A DNA stretch of 20,000 bases from Spirogloea muscicola (lineage: Eukaryota), in the NCBI GenBank assembly GCA_009602725.1, contig WELB01000032.1:596984-616983 (forward strand), in the 5' to 3' direction. The position numbers and the translations under genes are program-made. The notes under the pieces are model-generated. The model was not told the origin of the DNA. It searched no databases and saw only the letters and a list, made by a program, of their open reading frames with translations. Each line of letters begins with the position of its first letter. The stretch's first letter is position 1. This document shows positions 1 to 11,500 of this stretch, piece after piece.

Positions 1-87
1 TAGCAATCCTTGGTATATACTACCAGTTCATGCTAGTCACAGTGATAGTCTACCGTTCTCAGATTCTGCTTGGCCCATATACTGCAG

Positions 88-631
88 GTGCAAATGTTCT
101 TTTGCAGAACAACAGGGACGAGACTCCACTCGACGTTAGCAAAGATGATCGCATCAGAAAGTTGTTACTTGGTAAGTGAATCTCAAACTTCAGAGCATTC
201 AAGCAGGTGTACCATCAGTCACAAGTGGCATCGTATATTTGGGTGCTGCTGATGCTTCTGGACGTTATGGAAGCTGTCATTTAGTGGAGGGGTTGCCTCT
301 CAGCGAAGCCACCCTGAGAAAACTTACTATGACGTTAATCTTATGAAATGCAGTAAAGCGGGTGAATATAGCTGCTGACCTCGGGCAGTCGAGTCCAAGA
401 ATGGCTGGGGAGCGTGCTGCTGTGGAGGGTAGTGGCTCTGATGCAGCGCACGGGGCTGCTGATGCTCCGACTGGCCCAAATGGGGGGCCAGAGCCGAGGA
501 TAAAGAGTGTGTCTTCCAGGAGCGGGCATGTACAGGGCGCGGCTGCGCCCGCCTTCTCGTCTTACAGCAGACAGCTTCCTGGCACAGTGCCCAGCAGCAA
601 AAAGATCAAAATCAGCTTGAAGAAGAAGTGA
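88..631 (+). CDS. 3' end (last two exons) of an ankyrin-repeat-containing protein with a low-complexity, basic C-terminal tail; gene begins upstream of the window
   Basis: Exon 88-171 (ctgcag| ... G|gtaagt) reads (G)ANVLLQNNRDETPLDVSKDDRIRKLLL, matching the ankyrin GA-x-V...N...ETPL pattern. It splices in phase 1 to exon 354-631 (atgcag|TA AAG CGG GTG...), which ends SSKKIKISLKKK-stop (NLS-like). Confidence 0.75.
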
Positions 632-1116
632 CATGCTGTGCATTTGTCGGTGGCCTACACTCCTTGCCGCGTACCGCATGATGCCATGCTGAAGTGGTCG
701 AGCGCAAACGTGGAACCTTATGGTCGCCAATCTCACTACAAGTCTCCGTTCAGCATGCCTTTGATCGCTGGACCTGTGACAGAAGTTTGCTAGGCACTTC
801 TCCACGCTCTGCAGTCACCTCAGTGGCATCGAAGGTCATCAGGCGACGGGCGACGGCGGTGCAGAGCTCGCAGTTGAGGAGGCCAAGGAGAGGGCCGCAG
901 ACGTGCTGACAGAGCGGCGAGCGAGGTGGACGAGTAAGCTGTCACGTCGCGGGTGCGACTGCAGGCGAGCTGGAGCCCAGGTTGGCGGTCTCAGGGGTTT
1001 GCGAGACTACAGGCCTCAAATGGGAAAAGCCGTTTCAAAGTGATGTACACTCGACACAGCTGGAATCTAAGGTTAGGGGTTTACCAGACATACATCGCCC
1101 GCGCAGCAAGCCCGCC

Positions 1117-1149
1117 ATGGCGGCCGAGGCCGGGGTCGCCGCCGCCGGG

Positions 1150-1182
<33 letters not shown>

Positions 1183-4100
1183 TCCTCTNCCGCCCCCGCC
1201 GCCGCCGCCGAGGCGCCGCCACGGCCGCAGGACGGCGCTGCGGCGGCCGGCGCGGGGCTTGACCGCCGCACGGTCTTCGTGCGGAGCGTGGCGTTTGCCA
1301 CCAGCGAGGCAGCGGTGCGCAGCGTCCAGCGGCAGGCTGCCCGTCGCCTGGCTGCCGCTTTCTCTGGCTCGGGCGAGAATGGACGATGCCGCGCAGCTGT
1401 CAACCTCTCGGGCTCGTTCGTTGTGATGATGGCCGCCGCCATGGCCGTCGGCGCGCCTTGTGCAGCTTGAGGAGGCCTTTGCCGAAGTGGGCCCTGTTCG
1501 CAAATGCTTCCTGGTCCGCCAGAAAGGTAAGAGGTTTACCGGATAACCGCTGCCGGAGATGCCTAATGCTGCATTTGCCCGTTGCCAACATTGACGCTGC
1601 TGGGCAGCACAAGTCAAGCGCTGAAGTATGCCGAGTTGCTGCTTCCTGTAATAGTTGGTTACTGATTCGGCTGTGAGGTGGCCGGTGTCATGCAGGTGCC
1701 AAGTACCACCGCGGCTTTGGTTTCGTCCAATTGTGGGTTTCCCAGCTTCAGTACAAGCTTGAGCAGATCTCTCACAATGTACAGTCACAGTCGTCGCATT
1801 CATGAGATACTTGCACAGAGTGCAAACAAGGGCGTCTGAAACCCTGACTGCGGCGCCCAACTGACTGGGAAGCTAATCCATGGCAGTCAACCTGCTCTGC
1901 CGGCAGTGCCCTGCCAGAGGATGCCGAGCGAGCTGCCCAGATCAAGCATGGTGCGCTCTTGGATGGCCGCAAGCTCAAGGTCGAGGTTGCCAAGAAGCGC
2001 GCCCCGTTTGAGCAGCGCAGGCAGCAGAAGCAACCACGTATGCACCTTCCCATCTTTCTCATTTGCGATCACAGGGTATATGATGGCTTGTGTACTTACT
2101 CATATTCGCATGCGGTGTGAGCTTACTCATATTCCCATGCGGTGTGAGCCCTAGGGTATAAGACCTTAGACCTCTTAGACCTGCAAGCCACTGACTTTGA
2201 CTGTACATCTCATACCAAGTTTTGTGATGAGGCAGCTGTTGGCCAGGCAGCACAGGAGACAGCACCAAACCTACCTGCTGGAAGTCTTGTAGCTGCCGTC
2301 CATTCTGATTCCAAAGAGAGTGGGCAAGCCAAGAAGGGCCAGGGTGAAGTAAATGGCAGGGATGTTGCTGGCAAGAGTGTTGAAGAAGGAAAAGGTGCCG
2401 TCTTTTGTCTTGCACTCGTCAGACTGTGTGAAAGACCGTAGGTAGCAGGACCACCTATCCCTATGTGGCCGTGTGTTCACCAAGCTGCGTACTCCCTGTT
2501 AAATTGATGTTGTGGCTGTGCTGGTCTACGAAGTATTGGGATGCTACTGACGTATTATCATTAGTCAGTCAGAAGGTTGATGCTAAGCTGGAGAAGCTCA
2601 AATGCCACATTTGTTGTGTGAAGATGGTGCAAAGCCTTTGAAAAGGAAGAAGTTGAGCAATACAGCCAAAAAGAATGCTGCACCCCAGATGACTTCTCAG
2701 AAGCAAAGGTATAATAACGCAATTGTGTGTTGCGTACTTTATTTGGTGCATATGATCCAGACTATTGTGCACTGCACTTTCTTCTGCTTGATGATGTTTC
2801 ACTAGCATCTTCGCATGTGACGTCACGATAATGACAATTACGAGGATGGTCACATACAGTCCTGAATTTGTTGCCACATGTATTGTAGCCTTGATGTACT
2901 TTGGGGTAGTAGTGAGGGGTCTTCCTGCGAGCTTCTTGTGCAGACCAGCAAGAACGGTCGTCTTTGGCGGGATCATAAATGACTCTGTCCGTGATGGACT
3001 GCTCAAGAAGGTGGAGGCCATTGGCTCGATTGAGGATGCCGCAAGGCTTATGCCAGAAGAGCAGCTGAAAAATTGTGGTACACCTCAACTTCAAAGTTTG
3101 ACTCTCTATGTCTTCATGCTCATCCAGTAAGACAGAGCAGAATTGTGCACAGCAAATGGGCTTGCATGGTCGAGTCAACAATGCCAAGTATGTGTGTGTA
3201 CTTGCAGGACTCCTCAAGGATGGCTGCAAGCCACCCGCTTTGGAGGTCGTCTTCTCGTCTGTCCACCTAGCAACAAAGGCGGTGGAGTTGCTACATGGTC
3301 AGCAGTTTCAGGGTGCCACCATCTGGGCACGACAACTGGGAGGGGAGGTGAGATTTTTATTACATCAATCTCGGTGCAGTGTACGCCGCTGACGTCGCCT
3401 TCTTCAGTGGACAGTACTCGTCATGCAATGGCACAGTTCTTCGTTGATGACCTTTATCCTGCTGCGCTCTTTCTCAGATGCTTGGGTTGCTCAATAATGA
3501 TGACAGGGTGCAAAGTGGAGGAAGTGGAGAGTCATCGTCCGAAATTTACCGTTCCAGGTATCAACTGGTTGACAAATAGGAACCGCTACGCTCTCTCAAG
3601 CTCCAAAGGTGCAGCAAGTGAGCTTAATGCTGCACTACAATATCTGACAACATTAGTGATATGCAGATTAAAGAGGCAGAGCTGGCCAGCCTACTCGCAA
3701 GAGCTGGCACCGTCCGAGAGGTCACCATTCCTGGCATAGCAGACAACAAGTGAGACTTGGGCGCCAGTCTTTTCTGCTGAGAGTGCCCATATAGAGGATG
3801 CTCCAAACAGTGGCTCTGAGTTCGACATGACTCACCTTGACTGGAGCTTGATTGTAGCAGTTGCTTTCTAGTCATGTTTACCCTCTTATGCTTTCTTCAA
3901 AGGGCACTTATTGTCAGGTTTGCTGACGAGCTCGCAATGCATGCTGCATGCTTGCAGAGTTCGTGGATTTGCGTTTGTTGCCTATCACAATAAAGCTGCT
4001 GCAGAAAAGGCAAGTGGTGCACACAAATGAGTTGCTTGGTACCAACACCTCCAGAAGTGCATGATGGTGCAGACATGTTATTTTCTACACTGAGTCCTTG

Positions 4101-7100
4101 GATGGTCACAGTCGCATACACCAACTTGGACCAGGTAGATTGGTGTACTTGCTGTTTGTTGCGGCTAGATGACGTACTTCTGTGATTTTGTGAAAGACAG
4201 GCAGTGACTCTACTCAATGGACTTGAAATACATAAGCGACCCGTGGCAGTTGACTGGGCTGTGCCCAAGGCAAAGTACGAAGTTGTGGCTGCACAGCTCC
4301 AAGCGACTGCAGGTGAGAGCTTGAACACTTTAAGAATGTCATGGAAGCTCTATATATGTGTGACTGCCAGATCCGCAAGCCATAAATATGTATTTGGGTA
4401 CTCTGAGCAGAGCAAATGGAGGACATTGGAGGTACTATGGATTCAGATGATGATGGAACTTACGAAAGCATAGAAGAGAATGTCGACACAAGTGAAGGTG
4501 GAAAGACAGCAACTCCTGCAGTAACAGGAAGTCCTCAAGCTCAGTCGAGAACCTCAGTGGGGGAGGTCAGCCAAGGAAGCAGGATGCCAGGCCCGGACGT
4601 TGATGCCAAGGAGGAGAGCATCAAGTCAGATGCGCAGCTGGCATCTGAACACAGGCAGGACTTTCCAGAGAACGAAGAGGAAGTAGTCAGGAAGGTACTA
4701 TTGAAGGTTCTGTCAAGGCGGACTGCCGCTGTTCCACAACTTGCAAGTGGCCTGTCCACCAGCTCCGCAAGCTTTGGCGAAGGCGGAGCATGTGCTGAGC
4801 CTGCGGATGAGAAGGAAGCAGAGGAAGCAGAGGAAGGGGGGAGTCAAGGAGAAGGAGAGGTTGATGACATCGAGGACCTGTCAAGGATGTCCAACCCAGC
4901 TAGTACTTCGCGGATGGAGAATTCTGGAGATGGGGTTACTGGTGCCACAATCTTTGTGAGACAGTTGCCGGCAGGTCTGAAGATTGCAGACCTCCGAGCC
5001 TGCTTCTCTGCTTACGGCAAAGTCAGATCCTGCCGTCTGGTGTTGCATCCAGTGACAAGGTGTTCTTCTATCCACATAAGCTTCTGCAGTATGCCACTTA
5101 ACTGAACATGTTCTCATGGAAGCGTCTGCAGTAGGTCACTCGATTGTGTTCCTCGAATGGTGGTGCATGAGTGTACCCTGCAGCTGTGCAGTCATAGTCC
5201 ATGAGGTTCTTTGAGGTACTGAGCCCTCAAAGAGATGTACTGGCATCTGTCTGGTGAACAGGAGACCGAAGGGGACTGCATTCCTCGAATTCATAAAATA
5301 TGAGGATGCAGAGGCGGCTGTGCAGGCTTGTAAGAAGCAAGGGGTGTACATAATGGGCAAGGCCCTTTCAGTTGACATGGCAGTGGACAAGCAAGAGGCT
5401 CGTACATTGGCCAGATCGAACAGCCGACATGAAAGAGAGCGTGACCGGCGAAATCTGTATCTGCTTGAGGTGTATGCTCATTCCCCTGCATGCTTTAGTG
5501 CAAGGCGCTCTTACTGCTGGCCATTCTACTGACATCCTCGTGATTGTTGTGCTGACTTGTGTTCCGCGATGTATGGGAGTCCAGGCTGAAGTGCACCTCA
5601 TCCTTCTGAGCATGACAGGAGGGCCTCATCAGAGATGGGTCTGCTGCTGGACGGGAGATGTCAAAACACGATACTCTCAAACGTGACAGGTAAGGCAGAT
5701 GTCACTCAGGAGTAAGTAGCTCCTGTGCAAGGAGCGCCTATTGTCAATCTGTTGCCTGACTGGGATTCTAAAATTCGAGACTGTAGTATGATTACCGTGT
5801 GTGATTATGGCATCACAGATCCAGCTGCGACTCCTGTGTGCATGTCGCCTGCAGACTAGGAACTGAGAAGCAGTTGAAGTTGGCAAGCCCAAACTTCTAT
5901 GTATCACCGACACGGTTACTTGTTCACAACATCCCCAAGAACATGACAGAGAAAGAATTGAGGATTCTCTTTCTCGACGCTGTGAAGAGTCGCGCAACCA
6001 AGCAAAGCCCAACAATCAAGCAGGTCAGCCTCTTATTTTTACTATTTACAGCTATCTACGTGTTGCTTGACCTGCAGGTTGAGAAGCGAGGGAGCCGAAC
6101 ACTCACACATACTTGGAAGCTTTCTCTATTGTATTCCACCAAGCTGTGGAGTGTCTCTTGTCTGTGAAGGTCAAGATACTTGCGGACAGCAGTAAGAAGG
6201 ATGCGAAAGGGGCACCCAGGTCTCGAGGTGCTGGTTTTGTGGAATTTGTCGAGCACCAGCACGCACTTGTAGCTCTCAGGGTACTCAACAACAATCCAGG
6301 TACCAGTACCTTTGCGTATTCAGCATCTAGTACCTTTGCATGTTCTAGCATCCAGGTTGCCTAGCCCTGGTTTCAAGATGTGCCCTGGTGTCAAGTTGTG
6401 GCAATTCTACATCATTCTACTGTGCTGCTGCAGTGTGGAAGCTGATAGCAACCCCGTGCCTGCTATGTACAGAAATATTTGGGTCAGAGTGCAGGCCAAT
6501 CATAGAGTTTGCGATTGAGAATAGTCTTGTGTTGAAGCAACGTGCAACACTGAAGGCAAAGGCTGAACTGGCTGAGGCAAACAAAACGAAGGTGGTGCAA
6601 GCTGCCTCCAGCAATCATCTGCTAGAGCACCCATTGCATCATGGGAGAATTACTTCTCACAAGGTTGTGAAGGGAATACAACACTCTGAGAGGGCAACAG
6701 GCAGAGGCTTTCGTGACAACAATGCAGGCAAGAGGAAGAAGCAGGAGAATGTAGAAGTGCCACTAGCAACGTCGTCAAAAGGAGTAACGAGCACACAAGC
6801 CAGTCTGCCAGCTGCAGCTGTTGCGACAAAGGCCAGCACGCCTGATGCATTGGCTGCTGGACAGCATGCCAACCGTGGGAAGAAGGGGCAGACCAAGACA
6901 AGGAGGAAGGCCGTGACGGAGGTTGCTGATACCAAGCAGGTGAGTCTGGTACTATTCCTGGATAGCACTTCAGTCGACCATTTGGTTGCATCTCTTGACT
7001 TTGACTCTAACGCTGCTCTCAGGTTGTGGCGCTTTGATGCATACTCCCGTTGATTCTGCATATCCCTCGTACTTAGATCGCCCCCCCAGGCTCACAAGTA

Positions 7101-7368
7101 CGACCAATGACTGGCTCACATGGACTTGTTCTGAGTGCAGCTTGAACCTAGAGTGCCATCAAGGGTGGGTAAGCAACAGCCTGCTCCGCAAGACGTAGAG
7201 AGTAGGAGAGCGAAGAAGCGGAAAGTACGAGAGGACACATTAGAGCAACTTGTGGCTGATTACCGTAAGAAGCTTGTCGCTGGCAACGGACCAGTCAGTG
7301 GCAAGCAGCTGCAGCAGCGGACAAGGCAGTTGGTCAATGGCAATGACATACGACGGTGGTATGAGTAG
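1117..7368 (+). CDS. RBM28: RNA-binding protein 28 / Nop4-like nucleolar multi-RRM protein (60S biogenesis), ~1054 aa, 19 exons
   Basis: Exons 1117-1314, 1466-1526, 1696-1732, 1907-2037, 2236-2394, 2624-2708 (start uncertain, AAG acceptor), 2944-3077, 3208-3347, 3507-3557, 3667-3749, 3958-4009, 4201-4312, 4411-5059, 5262-5469, 5619-5689, 5855-6023, 6170-6299, 6473-6939, 7141-7368 join in frame (3165 nt). RRM motifs: [34 protein letters not shown]...[45 protein letters not shown]...ALRVLNNNP. Family-typical segments: [39 protein letters not shown], and a C-terminal IRRWYE. Confidence 0.93.
1150..1182 (+). repeat. (GCC)11 microsatellite encoding poly-Ala in RBM28 exon 1, next to an N at 1189
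   Basis: Read directly from the sequence. Confidence 0.9.
2095..2148 (+). repeat. 27-bp tandem duplication in RBM28 intron 4
   Basis: cttactcatattcgcatgcggtgtgag / cttactcatattcccatgcggtgtgag (1 mismatch). Confidence 0.9.
4010..4200 (+). other. Probable GC-AG intron in RBM28
   Basis: AAG|gcaagt ... gacag|GCA GTG gives AAEK|AVTLLNG. A weaker GT alternative (GCAA|gtggtg ... gcag|TG) also keeps the frame. Confidence 0.65.
6305..6353 (+). repeat. Imperfect ~24-bp tandem duplication at the 5' end of an RBM28 intron
   Basis: agtacctttgcgtattcagcatct / agtacctttgcatgttctagcatcc. Confidence 0.7.
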
Positions 7369-8170
7369 CTGTTGCCACCCTCCCGTATCTTATGAGTCGC
7401 GCGCTGTTGTGCTGCTCTTTAATCTGCTTGTGGCTCTCAAGCTTTTCCACAGGAGCACTATTGCAGAAGCTTTGTCAGCAGGCAGCAATGTGCAAGCCAG
7501 AGGTGAGGGTCGAGCCAGCACGCCAGCACGGGTCCGTGCAGCAGCTGCAGCATGCAGGGGGAATGTTGTGCATGATTCAGCTGCTGCTAGATTATGGGGT
7601 TTGCCTTCAAGTAGGTGGCTGCCGAGTTGCCAGCAGATAAGGAGCCAGTGGGCAAGTCTGCTTGGCCACAAAGGGCCCACACGTGACAGGATGAGTGAGC
7701 CTTTGACTCACTGGGTTGCAGCCGGCAGGGCTGTAGGTGCTGTGTCACTGAGGTGGAAAGGATCCTTCTGCATATCTGCCCCTGCAAGTCACAGAATGCT
7801 CCTTCACCAAAATAATGCGCCCTCCGAAAGCCAGAGGCTGCAGCGAGAGCACGGCCAGCACGCAACTGCAAGGTGTGGGCCATGGACCGCTGGAGAGCCA
7901 CTTTCTTCCATTCAATTTAGCCACCTTAGCATAGAGAGAGACGCTTCCGTGCGAGGGCGGTGGCTAGGAGCGGCCAGCCCAGAAAAGCGAATGAACAAAG
8001 GTTAGCCTTAGCAGCCCCTTAGCATAGGGCTTCGATTCAAGTAGCCTTCTTTGTGTGCGCTAGTTTCTGCCCTGAACGATGTCGGCCTTCCTTTCATGAC
8101 ATGTGCGCACCGCGCGCGCCTTTTATCTTTTCCCACCCCTAAACACACACTCCATTGTCAACTCTTTTTC

Positions 8171-8190
8171 GGGCTGGCTTTTCACAGCCC
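8171..8190. promoter_or_regulatory. Palindromic upstream element GGGCTGGCTTTTCACAGCCC (candidate cis-element) ~210 nt before the DGAT2 ATG
   Basis: GGGCTG/CAGCCC inverted arms; near-identical copy at 12870-12886 upstream of the SOUL gene. Function is inferred only. Confidence 0.35.
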
Positions 8191-8399
8191 TTGCCCTCAT
8201 TGGGAGTGCCCCTTCTTCCAATGCACACTCCCTTCCGGAAAGAGCCGCTTCTTCTCCTTCGCGGGCCGCCCACCAGTCAGCCGCCGGCTCGCCCCCGCGT
8301 GGCGTGACGCCCGCTCTGACGTGCGCAGCGAGGCCGCCCAACCCCGGCCTGGCCAGCCCAGCGCCACGCCCGCCGCCGTAGCCGCCGCCGCCCGCGGTC

Positions 8400-8407
8400 A
8401 TGCTGCC

Positions 8408-8504
<97 letters not shown>

Positions 8505-11500
8505 NCGGCGGTGGCGGCCCGCGCGCGCGCTCCTCGCGCCTTGCGCTCGGCAGCGGCGGCCTCCTGCTCGCCGGTGAGCCCCCGCGATCGGCCACTCACG
8601 GCGGGCGGCGCTGGCCATCGTGGCGGAGACGAGGAGCTGACGACGTGACGGTCCTGCTTGGCCAGCACCGTTGACGCACGGCGTGGCCGGGTACTGGCGG
8701 CACGGCGCCCGGGGGTGGCGCTTCTGGCAGCCCTTCCGCGGCGGCGCGCGCTTCGTGGCCGCGCAGGGCCTCGCCTGGCTCTTCTTCGGCCTCATGCTGC
8801 TGCCCTGGGCGCGCTTCCTCGCCTCCTCCCCCGCCGACCCCGACGCGCTGCCCGCCCGCACGCTGCTCCTCATCGGCACCTTCGGCGTCCTCTCCGAGGC
8901 CATGGTGAGCCTGCTCGGGCGCCGCCCGGCTCGCGCGCTTTCGGGCAAGCCCATGATGCCACTCTCACACTCCTGAGGAAATATGAACTGGGCTTTCCGA
9001 GAAACATGAACTTGGCTTCCTGAGGAGCAGGCCCTCGCGTTTCCTTCGCATTAGCAACCTGCAAGTGATACTGGGCGTCGTCTACCAGGTGGCGTTCTCG
9101 CTGCTCCTTTTCTCCCCAGCTGAGACGTCGCACAGCCCGCCCAAGTCCTCCAGTGGGCTGGCATCCTCGGGAAACGAGGAGGCTTCCCACAGCTCTGTCC
9201 TCTCGCCAGGCGTATCCAGGGAGGCGGACAGCGTGAAGCGGGTGCTGTTCCGGCCGAGGCCGGCAGATGGCGCTGATAAGCCCAAAGACGAGACGACGAC
9301 CTTCAGGCTTCTCATGGGCATAAACCTCGTGCTGGCCACGGTCTCCTGCATTCTTGCGGCAGCCTGCGACTTTTACAGCCACAGGCCTGCCCCGAGTACC
9401 AGCGAGAGCCCAGAAGAGCTCTCAGCTCCCACCTTACCGGTACAAAGCCATCCTTATGGCTGTCTGTTGGTCTAAAGCAAAGCTTGCATTCTCCACAAGC
9501 GCAAGGCTTGCACAATCACAGCCTAGCTCTGAAGAGCAAGCTTGTGAAGCATCCTTCTGTGATCCTGGCTGTGAAGACTCAATATGCACTATCTACTCCC
9601 CCAGGATGGCTGGCCAGGCCTCAGTGGCACAGCCACGGCAGGGGCAGCCTTGGCATGTGCCCTGTGCTTGGTAATTGCTGCCTTCCTCACGCACGGTGTT
9701 GGTGGGAAGCTGCGGTATAAGCATCTTGCTTATGAATTCTGGCAACCCTTTGCAGGCGGAGTTCTTTTTGTTGTCATACAGGTCAGTGAGTGTTGTCATC
9801 AAGTCAAGTGCAGTGCTGTGCTGCAAGGGGGCCATCAGACTAGCCGGCCTGATTGTGTTACGGACCCATTCACTACAGCCACTTGCTAACGGGGTACATA
9901 CTGTGTGTGCAGGCCATTGCATGGTCGCTATTTGGAGTGGCCTTACTTGTATTTAGCTCAGCCGCATATGTGGCATTCTTTCTAGCAGAGAAGTCGTTTG
10001 TGCTGGGCTCGGGTTTGCTTGCATCTGCAGGCATGAGTGGACTGGCAGCAGAAATACTTTTGATGGCCTCTCTTGTTGCCTACCGAGCCCCTACTAGAGC
10101 AGATTATGAGGTGAGTGTCTTATGATTGTTGGATAGCAGAACATGATGAAAGTAGAGGAGTGTCCAGCTCATTGACTTCAAGCCGCTTTATCTTTGTGGA
10201 TAATGACTACATTGGCAACTCAGTCATGACCTGTACCTGCAGGTAGCTGAGTCTCTCCCAGGTGGCTCAGCTGAGCCACCTGATGGGCCTGAACCCACCA
10301 GCGTCATCTCAACGCCGATGCTAGAGCAACACGGTATTACAGCAGAGCACGCCAGAGAAGCAAAGATTAAGCACGAGCCATCTCCTCTCTTACTTAGGAT
10401 GCCAAGTCTTCGGCTACGGAGAGTTTATAATTATGCAGTGGAGGTTGTGAGACCTGCATACTGGGACCAATACTCTGAGCAGGTTGGTGAGGACATACAC
10501 CGTCTTTGCAAGTATGTACTACCATGATATGATGTTGTTTGCCTTAGCAGATGCTTGTCAAGGACTTACTCTCTATCTCTGCGGATGACAGGTAGCGCGT
10601 CTTGGGCCTTGGCAGCTGAAGGAATCAAGTTTCGGGACATACCTCTGGTGGGCATATATTCGGGCCAGGTCATTGGCCTTATTTAGTATGGTTTATGCAA
10701 ATCACTTCTTTCTCATTAGCCTGCTCCTTGCACCTGCACTGCTACTCCCAGCATTTAAGGCCATACACGTCTACACCTTGGCAAGTACATTCTATCTCAG
10801 CACATACAGGGGCTCTCCTCATAAGACAGGGAGGAAGAAGTGGCCTTGGCTGGCCGACATGTGAGTTATTAGCTGCCCTTTGCCTTTGCAGCTCACTGTA
10901 GCAGAACGGATCTGGTCGTTGTACTAGGCATCAGCCCCTTACACAGCAAGCCTGCCAGGCTGAGGTGCTTCTCCTGACTCAAGTCATTGCTGCCATTCAG
11001 AGTAAGCAAGCTTCTTGAGGAAGCTTCGGTCTTACACTTCCGAGGCATGAAAATTGTCCGCGAATCCAGCGAGCCTCTAGATGCTTCTACACGATATGTT
11101 TTTGGGTATCATGTGAGTGCTTATCTGACACTACCCACTGAGAACGTCCATGATAGGCACTGCCCTGACAGTAACATCTGAAAGCCAGAAGAAGTATCGT
11201 TCTAAGCTCAAGCTAATTGTCCCCACCGTCTGTCCTTGTTGCTGTTCCAGCCCCACGGACTATTCCCAGCAACAGTTGCGTGGTTCTCGCTCACCAGAGC
11301 ATGGAAGACTCTTTTTGCAGGAATCCAGCCAGTTGTCTTGGCTGCTACTGTCATCTTCTATGTTCCCATCCTGCGGGAGGTTGTGATGTGGTCAGGTGCG
11401 AGAGAAGTGTCTCGCAGTGTATTTAAGCACTCCCTCGAGAACGAGGGCGCAGTGATGATGTGCCCAGGTGGCCAGGTAGGTGTGCAGCCTGTCTCTAGCT

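Noticed and set aside
953..1860. Overlapping poly-Pro, poly-Gly and poly-Ala ORFs on both strands
   Set aside because: Alternative-frame shadows of the GCC repeat and GC-rich RBM28 exon 1.
2095..2148. 27-bp direct repeat as a CRISPR-like array
   Set aside because: Only two abutting copies, no spacer, intronic in a eukaryotic gene.
7250..8005. 251-aa + strand ORF overlapping the RBM28 last exon and 3' region
   Set aside because: Different frame from RBM28, non-ATG start, no recognisable motifs, Ser/Arg/Ala-rich composition typical of chance ORFs.
8000..8050. TTCGATTC resembling a tRNA T-loop/B-box, with CCTTAGCATAG repeated at 7924 and 8017
   Set aside because: No cloverleaf stems or A-box can be built around it; too short to call a tRNA or SINE.
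8051..8954. ORFs with poly-Lys or poly-Phe tracts
   Set aside because: They are translations of the poly-T run beside the assembly gap.
10143..10230. ATGATGA box C in a DGAT2 intron
   Set aside because: No downstream CTGA box D within the intron and no terminal stem.
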